Source: Chiloscyllium plagiosum (lineage: Eukaryota). Taken from it: DNA of 64,000 nt. The translations under genes and the position numbers were made by a program. The notes below the pieces were generated by a model. The model did no database searches and was not told where the DNA came from. It was given only the letters and a program-made list of their open reading frames with translations. The stretch covers positions 8,625,616 through 8,689,615 of the forward strand of contig NC_057752.1 of the NCBI RefSeq assembly GCF_004010195.1. The letters are read 5' to 3'. Positions 50,408 to 59,048 of the stretch are shown here, piece after piece (the stretch's first letter is position 1; every line of letters begins with the position of its first letter).

Positions 50408-52925
50408 GTAGGCAATTTCATAGCCTTACTCAGTACATATCCTGAACAGAGGTATCCTGGATCAGCCTACAGCAGAACGCCAAGACAAATCCAAGCCTCG
50501 GCCAAATGGTTAAAACATTCTTCAAGATCCGGCAAGTGAATGTAGTTGCTGCTGATAAGTGGTAACAAGACAGCAAAGGAGGCCTAAAGGCCTGAACTGA
50601 GTAAGGGAATTCATAGGTCGGTATCCAAGAAAGTGCACACCCTGGAACGCCCACCTACATCTGATTTGGAACAGTTACATTGCTTAACAACATCCACATC
50701 AGAACTGATTAAAATGAATGTTTGGTTAAATGGTCACCCAGTTCCCATGGAGGGGGATACCAACACAGCTGTATCTGTGGTTGCAGAATCGGTCTTTAAC
50801 AAGGTTCGCTTGGGACTCCAACCCTTAAGTTTGCACAAGACCTCAGCCAGACTGAGAACTTACATTGGGAACCTTTACAGATTAAGGGTATGCCTTTGGT
50901 TCCAGTCTTCTATGAGAAGCAGTTGGTGCAGTTACCACTGATGGTAGTAAAAGGCTTGGGCCCAAGCCTATTGGGGTGGAATTGGATGAAAAAGATTCAC
51001 CTGGATTGGCCTAACATTATTTGACCAGAAAATGGCTGCCTCAGTGAAGACCTAGTGAAATACCCAGGGGTATTTCAGGAAGGGTTTGGGACTAACAAAG
51101 GGGCCAAAGCCATTTTACACGTTTGCAGGAAGCAATTCTGAGATTTTGCAAGGTCTTCCCGGGGCCATTTGCCTTGTGTATAAAAGTAGAGGTGGAAATC
51201 AGGAGGCTGGAGAGCGAAGGAATTATTAAACCAGTTCAGTTTGCAGAATGGGCAGCACCGGCCGTACTGATTGTGAAGCCTGGCCACTGAGGTCGCCTTT
51301 GTGGGGATTTTAAGCAAATGGTAAACGACTTCTCACAGCTGGATAAATATCCAATCCCTCGCACAGGGGATTGGTACGCAAAGTTGGCGGGGGGGGGGTC
51401 CTTTAGGAAGCTGGACGTGAGCCACACGTAGCTGTAATTGCAACTGGATGAGGAGCCCCAGAGGTACGCTACAATTAATACCCATTTTATATCAATATAC
51501 AAGACTGCCATTTGGGGTATCATCAGCCTGCACCCTTTTCCAGCGGACCATGGAGAAGAATTTACAAGGGCTACCCCAGGTTGCAGTTTATCTGGACGTG
51601 CTAATAAAAGGCAGATCAAAAAAATAGCACTTGGACATGTTGCTTAAACGTTGGTTCCTGATGCTGTTTGGCTTGCTGTGTTTTTCAAGCCTCCTGCTTG
51701 TCTAAATATTTCACCCAGGCTGCTATGTGCTTTAGAAGAGAAAAATGTGCTCCAGGCACACCAAGTGACTTACTTGGGTTACAGAGTTAACACCACTGGA
51801 AGAGAACATGAGGACAATTAAAGGAGCCTCAGCTCCCACGTCCGCACCGGAGCGCACCGCACCCACGTCTTTCCTTGGGTTCGCGAATTATTGCGGAAAA
51901 TTCATATGTAACCTGGCCTCCATCTTGGCAACCTTACCCCTGCTATTGAAAGAGGGTCAGCCTTGGAAATGGTCACGGAGCCAAGAAGTAGCCTTTTAGA
52001 ATTTGTCATAGTGACAGATTACAAACCCTTGCCAGGGCTACTGAAGGAAGACATGGTGGTGCTGCCCATAACTTGTGGGAGAATTCGGCGGTGGGCCCTT
52101 ATTCTCAGCACGTAAAAGTACAAACTGGAACACCGTCCAGGAAGCCAAGTGGCTAATGCAGATGCCTTGAGCTGCCTCCCACTGGCAGGTATTCCATTGT
52201 TGGTACCCTCCCCAGAAGAGTTCATTTTGGTGATAAACTCAGAGACCATTGGCAATATCTGACTGCGGACACAAAGATCCTGTCCTCGTGTAACTAAAAC
52301 AGCTGGTAGTAATGGGGGAAACAGAAGGGCCATCACAACCCAGGTTGAAACCTTTCTGGACCTGGTAAGACTAGATCACCGTAGAGGACAGTGGAGAGCA
52401 AGGGTGATTGTCCTGAGTAAAAGGTCACCACCAGAAACTAGCAGAACTCCACCAACGTCATCCAGGGGTTTCCAAGATGAAGATGCTAGCAAGAAGCTAT
52501 GTCTGGTGGCCAAGATTGGATGCCAACTTAGCTGCATTGGTGGGGTAGTGCCAGCATGCTAACAGACAAAAATTGCTACTAGCAGCTCCCCCACATTTGT
52601 TGGAATGGCTGGGTAAACCCTGAACTCAGATGCACATTGACCATGCCAATCCTTTCATGGGCTCAATGTTCCTGATCATTGTGGACACCCATTCAAAGTG
52701 GTTGGATGTGCTTAAGGTTAATTCAACAAACTCAGGGATGACAATTTAGAAGCTGCAAGCATCGTTAACGATACACAGTCTCCTGGAAGTATTGGTTACA
52801 GACAATGGGGCATCATTTTCCAGCAGAGAATTTGAATATTTCCTAAGGCCAAATAGCATTTGGCACATAAGGACAGCTTCTGGATTAGTGGTGCTGGAAG
52901 AGCACAGCAGTTCAGGCAGCATCGA

Positions 52926-52961
52926 AATCGACGTTTCGGGCAAAAGCCCTTCATCAGGAAT
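52926..52961 (-). ncRNA. Minimal type I hammerhead ribozyme core at a Penelope 3' end
   Basis: Minus strand TTATTC-CTGATGA (52957-52951)-A-GGGC-TTTT-GCCC-GAAA-CG-TC-GATT; predicted cleavage after 52930. Confidence 0.72.
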
Positions 52962-53093
52962 AAAGGCAGTGAGCCTGAAGTCTGGAGATATAAGCTAGAG
53001 GAGGGTGGGGGTGGGGAGAAAGTAGCATAGAGTACAATGGGTGAGTGGGGGAGGGGATGAAGGTGATAGGTCAGGGAGGACAGGGAGGAGTGG

Positions 53094-53584
53094 NNNNNNN
53101 NNNNNNNNNNNNNNNNNNNNNNNNNNNNNNNNNNNNNNNNNNNNNNNNNNNNNNNNNNNNNNNNNNNNNNNNNNNNNNNNNNNNNNNNNNNNNNNNNNNN
53201 NNNNNNNNNNNNNNNNNNNNNNNNNNNNNNNNNNNNNNNNNNNNNNNNNNNNNNNNNNNNNNNNNNNNNNNNNNNNNNNNNNNNNNNNNNNNNNNNNNNN
53301 NNNNNNNNNNNNNNNNNNNNNNNNNNNNNNNNNNNNNNNNNNNNNNNNNNNNNNNNNNNNNNNNNNNNNNNNNNNNNNNNNNNNNNNNNNNNNNNNNNNN
53401 NNNNNNNNNNNNNNNNNNNNNNNNNNNNNNNNNNNNNNNNNNNNNNNNNNNNNNNNNNNNNNNNNNNNNNNNNNNNNNNNNNNNNNNNNNNNNNNNNNNN
53501 NNNNNNNNNNNNNNNNNNNNNNNNNNNNNNNNNNNNNNNNNNNNNNNNNNNNNNNNNNNNNNNNNNNNNNNNNNNNNNNNNNNN
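53094..53584. other. Assembly gap (491 N)
   Basis: Run of N. Confidence 1.
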
Positions 53585-54673
53585 GGTGGGCACCAGGGGC
53601 GTTCTGTCCTTGTTACGGTTGGAGGGGTGGGGTCTGAGGGCCGAGGCGTGGGATGTGGCTGAGATGCGTTGGAGGGCATCTTTAACCACGTGGGAAGGGA
53701 AATTGCGGTCTCTAGAGAAGGAGGCCATCTGGTGTGTTCTGTGGTGGAACTGATCCTCCTGGGAGCATATACGGCAGAGGCTGAGGAATTGGGAATACAG
53801 GATGGCATTTTTGCAAGAGGTAGGATGGGAAGAGGTGTAATCCAGGTAGCTGTGGGAGTCGGTGGGTTTGTAAAAAATGTCAGTGTCAAGTCGGTCGTCA
53901 TTAATGGAGATGGAGAGGTCCAGGTATGGTCCCCATCTATGCCTGTCTCTTTGTTGGCTACGTAGAGCAGTTGATCTTCTGTAATTACACCGGCACCACT
54001 CCCCATCTCTTCCTCCGCTACATTGATGACTGCATTGGTTCCACCTCGTGCTCCCGCAAGGAGGTTGAGCGATTCATCAACTTCACCAACACATTCCACC
54101 CTGACCTTAAATTTACCTGGACCATCTCTGACACCTCCCTCCCCTTCCTGGACCTCTCCATCTCCATTGACACTGACATTTGAAATGGTAGCAGGAATGC
54201 CAATCCCAGCCACGTGCCTCCTCTAAGTGCAAAAGATAATTTAATTCAGGGGACGCAGTTTGGTGCCAGAACCATGGAAATGGTGCTGTATAGGTACAAG
54301 GTGAGGGTGACATGAGGTTAGGTCCAGTCACATCCAAAGTTTGGGTCGGTGATACAGTCCTGAACAAATATGTGGATCACCTGAAAGCTATTACCTCTCA
54401 AACAGGGCAGGAGCAAAACATATCTGGATCCTCAGAACAGCTAGAAGGCTTGTCTGAAGCTGCAGATTCTCCCTCTGTCTCGTGTTAAGGAAACCTCAGA
54501 ATCTGAGTCTGATACCATTACCATCAGAATGGGAAGGAGGAAACTTTTCTGGGACACTTTGGACGCAAGGGACGGTCTACAGTCTGGTACATGCTGCCCA
54601 CGTCAGAGGGAACCTGGAGTGAAAACATTGCAGGTGAACCAGGTCTACGTCCCCCGACTTAGGGGGTGAGGGA

Positions 54674-54772
54674 TGTCGTGATTGGATCCTCGTTGAACAC
54701 AAGGTCTTTGATTGGGGTTGTTTGACCTAGGCCAATCAGGACAGCCCAGGCTGACTAATATAAATAGGGGAG
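54674..54772 (+). promoter_or_regulatory. Gypsy 3' LTR U3 half (inverted CCAAT pair and TATA), interrupted just after the TATA motif
   Basis: TG directly after the PPT; TGATTGG..CCAATCAG; TATAAATAGGGGAG at 54759-54772. Confidence 0.8.
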
Positions 54773-57050
54773 GGCGTCCTTTCGAGAAGGAGCACGTGGT
54801 GTCCACCAACACCCTGGAGTTGTTCAGGGAGAGGTGGGTGCCGCAGGGAGTGGAGTGCATCATTTCTCCCTCCAACTCTATTTTGATTTAATCCCTACCC
54901 TCCCCTTCACTGTCCGTCAAGCATTGAAGATACCTCAGAATCTGAAATGGACATGGTGGACGTCACTGCCTTGATGCCTTTGCTGCGTGAAGAGGAGAAT
55001 TAATTTCTTCCGAGACACTCCGGGTGCAAGAGATGAGCTGCTTTTTGTTACACAACGCTCATATCAGAGGCAGAGTCAGGGGAACCTGACCCGCTGCTAA
55101 AAAGCCACAGGAGGGGTTATAAGAAAAAGAACCAGCCTATGTCCTTGGACTCAGAGGGGGAGGGATGTAGTAATCGCAATGAGATCAGCCAGGTGGACCT
55201 CATACATTATGAATACCCTGATTGGGGCTGTTAATCTGGTCCAATCAGATAGCCATGGCTGACAGATAGAAACAGGAGGGTTGCCTGCCCCTCTTCCGCG
55301 GTTACGTTAGGGCCCGGGTTTCCTTGGAGAAGGAGCACGTGGTGTCGACCAACACCCTGGAGTTGTTCAGGGGGAGGTGGGTGCCGCAGGGAGTGGAGTG
55401 CATCATTTCTCCCTCCAATTCTATTTTGATTTAGTCCCTACCCTCCCCTTCACTGTTTTGATCACACAGCATTGCCCTTTGATGTGAAGGGCAGTGTTTG
55501 TCACTGGCCACTCGGGTGTTTTCCTATCTTCCTGGTGGTGGAAATTGAATAAAAAAAAAAAATAAACAGGAGATTCCGCAGGGAGTGGAGTGCATCATTT
55601 CTCCGTCCAATTCTATTTTGATTTAGTCCCTACCCTCCCCTTCACTGTTTTGATCACACAGCACTGTCCCTTGCTGTGAAGGGCAGTGTTTGTCACTGGC
55701 CACCCGGGTGTTTTCCTATCTTCCTGGTGGTGGAAATTGAATAAAGATTCGTGCACTTTGTGTCTCTCACTGTGTCTCCCACCTGCACACACACACACCA
55801 TGGGTGCTGGGGATAAAATAAGCACTACCGCACTTAGGTGGTAGTGTGGGGGTTTAAAAGAAGAAGAAAAAAAAACAAACAGGAGTTGATTTAGTCCAAA
55901 AAAAGAAATATAAATAGGGGAGGGCGTCCTTTCGAGAAGGAGCACGTGGTGTCCACCAACACCCTGGAGTTGTTCAGGGAGAGGTGGGTGCCGCAGGGAG
56001 TGGAGTGCATCATTTCTCCCTCCAACTCTATTTTGATTTAATCCCTACCCTCCCCTTCACTGTCTTGATGACACAGCACTGCCCTTTGATGTGAAGGGCA
56101 GTGCTTGTCACTGGCCACCCGGGTGTTTTCCTATCTTCCTGGTGGTGGAATTTGAATAAAGATTCGTGCACCTTGTGTCTCTCACTGTGTCTCACACCTA
56201 CACACACACACATGGGTGCTGGGGAAAAATAAGCACTACCGCAGTTAGGTAGTAGTGCGGGGGTGATAAAAAAGGGGGATCACCTTGACATGCCCATTTG
56301 CCACCAGATGGTGGGAATCCCCAGTGAAGGGCTCTCGATGTGGGAGTCCTCCCCCTTTCTCTCGGGGATCTGGGGTGGAGGATGTTGCACAGAGCAGTCT
56401 GCTGCAACCGCAGATTGTGGTGGTTCATGGACTGTTTGTTCTGTGGTCCCGTGGACCATGTATATATTGGATGTGGGCATTTGCACTCCTTTATAGTTTT
56501 CTGGAAAACCTTCTCTGCTTTTGGTTGCACTTCAGTCTCATACTCCCAATTTTTGGGCACCCGGGGTGGAAGAAGGTAGGTCAGAGGATCCTCTCGTGGG
56601 TCTGCTCCTCGGCCTGGCCAAACTGGCCATAAACAGGTCCAGGCAGCGGGCCGTGGAGGGGGTCGTTAGGGCCGACTGCCTGCCCCTCTTCCACGGTTAT
56701 GTTCAAGCCCAAGTGTCCCTAGAGAAGGAGTACGCGATGTCTACCAGCACCCTTGAGCTTTTCAGGGAGAGGTGGGCATCGCGTGAAATGTTTTATTTCC
56801 TCCTCCAACTCTATTTTGATTTAATGTCTTCCCTCCCTTTCACTTTTTTGATCACACAGCATTGCTCTTTGATGTGAAGGGCACTGCTTGTCACTAGCCA
56901 CTCTAGTGTTTCCTTTCTTCCTGATGGTGGATTATAAAGAAAGATTTACGCTCCTGTTGTTCTTCACTGTGTCCTACACCTGCGCACACAACATGGGTGT
57001 TGGGGAAAATATAAGCACTACCCTGTTAGGCGGTAGTGTGGGGGTAAAAA
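54773..57050 (+). mobile_element. Cluster of 5'-truncated Tx1-like (L1-group) LINE 3' ends: about 54773-54914, 55279-55562, 55573-55875, 55923-56270 and 56280-57051
   Basis: Repeated ORF2 C-terminus CLPLFRGYVRARVSLEKEHVVSTNTLELFRERWVPQGVECIISPSNSILI*. The longest copy has LGDLGWRMLH..CNRRL, C.FCG..DHVY..C and LLLGLAKLAINRSR. Shared 3' UTR and A-rich tails. Confidence 0.85.
54915..55278 (+). mobile_element. Second Gypsy 3' internal end, PPT and LTR U3 half
   Basis: ACCTCAGAATCTGA is shared with 54493; PPT AGAGGGGGAGGGA at 55153-55165; TGTAGT at 55166; homologous to the solo LTR at 9111-9342. Confidence 0.82.
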
Positions 57051-57052
57051 AC

Positions 57053-57379
57053 ATAAGCAGGAGATTTAGAACCTCCTCAGTTTTGGGCACTGACCCTGTG
57101 CTGGCTGGGCCACCGTCAGTGTGCTCCTGCTGCTAGTCTCTGTTTTGGAGGAGGAAAGTTTCTTTTTCATCCCCCTGCCCCCACCATTTTTCCAGGGAAG
57201 ATATTTGTTCTTTTTGGTTTTCTTTTTGTTTTTTGAAAAAAAATATGTAAAAGGGAATTTAGAATCCCGTCAGTCCAGGAGACTGACTCTGAGCTGGCTG
57301 GTCACAGCTAGTGTACTGTGCACAAGTAAATAAAGGGTGACTCGATGATGGGATACTGGCCTCTGTACAATTATTTCCA
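57053..57379 (+). mobile_element. Downstream (R-U5) halves of the Gypsy LTR, separated by another A-tailed insert (about 57130-57243)
   Basis: ATAAGCAGGAGATTTAGAACC.. and TATGTAAAAGGGAATTTAGAATCC..; AATAAAGGGTGACT..GATACTGGCCTCTGT..TTATTTCCA matches the end of the 9111-9342 LTR. Confidence 0.75.
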
Positions 57380-58060
57380 AAATGTTTTGGTACAAAGGAA
57401 TCTTTGTATCCTTGTGCATAAATCATAAAAACTAGTATGCAGATATAGCAGGTAATAAGGAAGACAAATGTAATTTTGGCATTTATTGCTAAAGGAAGAG
57501 AGCATAAAAGTAGGGTCGTGTTGCTGCACCTGTATAAGGCATTATAGCTCAACTGGAGTCTTGCATACAGTTTTGGTCCTCTTACTGGAGGGATGTAGTT
57601 ACAATAAAGACAGTTCAGAGGTTTACTAAATTAATGTCAGAAATTAGGGTTTGTCCAATAAAAAGGAGATTGAGCACTTTAGGCCTATATTCTAGAGTTT
57701 AGAAATGAGAATGAAGATCTAATTTAAATACATAAAGGGGATTAACAAAGTATATGTGAAGCAAATGTTTCCACTTGTGGGGAAATCTCAAACAAGAGAT
57801 CATGATTTAAGGTTGCAGGATAAGGGATAGCAGATTTAAAACAGATGAGGAGGAGCTATTTCTCCTACACTCTATGGAACTCACTCCCCAAAGTGTGATG
57901 GACGGCTGGGTTATTGAGTAAATTTAAGGAGGAGATAGATTTTTAATTAGTAATGGATTGAAAGGTTGTGGACAGTGGAGTCAAGGCTGAGATGGGATCA
58001 GCCAGCCATGATATCAAGTGGCGGAGTAGGCTCGAAGGGCTGAATTGCCTACTTCTGCTC
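57380..58060 (+). mobile_element. Old CR1 3' region
   Basis: LAFIAKGREHKSRVVLLHLYKAL; 3' end GATCAGCC..ATGAT..TGGCGGAGTAGGCTCGAAGGGCTGAA. Confidence 0.8.
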
Positions 58061-59048
58061 TTACAACCTGCTGAGTCTTTCCATTTTCTCTTTTGGACTT
58101 CCAGCATACTTTATTTGGTTTTCTTTTTCTCAACTCTATGGGGATGGATCTTTTGGCCTTTCTTCACCTCTCCTTTACTTTCTCCTGGTTCACATGCTCT
58201 TTAGTAGTCAGTGGAATATCATAGCTGTTGGAGTTCACTGAAATACCTGGTTTACAGCACTGATGATCAAATTCAATTGCATAGGAGAAATCCTGATACT
58301 TCCTTGCATCTTATCATCCACCCAAAGGAAATTTGTCAATGGCACTGCAGAAAATGTTTCTCCTATTCAGCCCACAAACCACTCCCTCCCCCAACCCCAA
58401 CTGTTAAAACTCGAAGTAAGCTGGCTCAAGACTTTCATGCTTTTACTCTGCTCCATTCAAGACAAGCCTTGATTAGTTTGAAGGGGGGGGGGGGGGGGGT
58501 GGCGTGTTGAAAGCAAATACACATATCTGGAAACTTGATTGACTGTAGTTTCTTATCAAGGTCCAGTATGAAGTGTATCAATTGAGGTGTCAAGTGCATA
58601 CAGAGAGAGGGCATTCACTGGATGCTTACTAGAGCACACACCAAGGAACACTTCCTGACACAGGAGCAGAGTGGAATATGATGATATATACCTGCAATGC
58701 TTACGTGCAACAGATTAAATCACAGTGAAATATTAGTTTGTCTCTTCCTTCATGAATTGGCTATTTGAAAGAAAACATTCAGGACCCCATGGTTTGCAGT
58801 ATCTGCTGCCTTTCTGTTCCCAACTCTGGTTAAGACACATTCCTGATCGTCAGCCTGCAAACCCATCTTCACACACTTGACGGATGCGGCAGATGATCCA
58901 TTCAACTGGAACAAGTGATCTTCTTTCACTTTTTTCATGAGATGGAACCATTGCTAGGTAAACCAGCATTTATTGTTAAACCTTAATTCCCCCTCGAGGT
59001 GATGGTAGCATGCCACCTTCTTGAACCACTGCAGTCGATATGCTGTCG

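Larger units (their letters stand above)
52879..54181 (-). mobile_element. Penelope-like element with an internal inversion, spanning a gap
   Basis: Minus strand 53925 to 52879: DLSISINDDRLDTDIFYKPTDSHSYLDY..., then the 3' end with a hammerhead. Plus strand 53926-54181: YACLFVGYVEQ..FLRYIDD..FLDLSISI. Inserted in the Gypsy integrase after WHIRTA. Confidence 0.9.
50430..54673 (+). mobile_element. Ty3/Gypsy internal region (PR-RT-RH-IN), decayed, interrupted by a Penelope element
   Basis: VWLNGHPVPMEGDTNTAVSVV (protease), EWAAP, LCGDFK, LDKYPIPR, FLGFANYCGKFI, HPGVSKMKMLARSYVWWP, LIIVDTHSKW, VTDNGASF; PPT AGGGGGTGAGGGA at 54661-54673. Confidence 0.9.

Noticed and set aside
58750..58938. 62-aa ATG ORF on the gene strand in unique DNA
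   Set aside because: No splice donor in frame and no recognisable homology; its length is within chance expectation.
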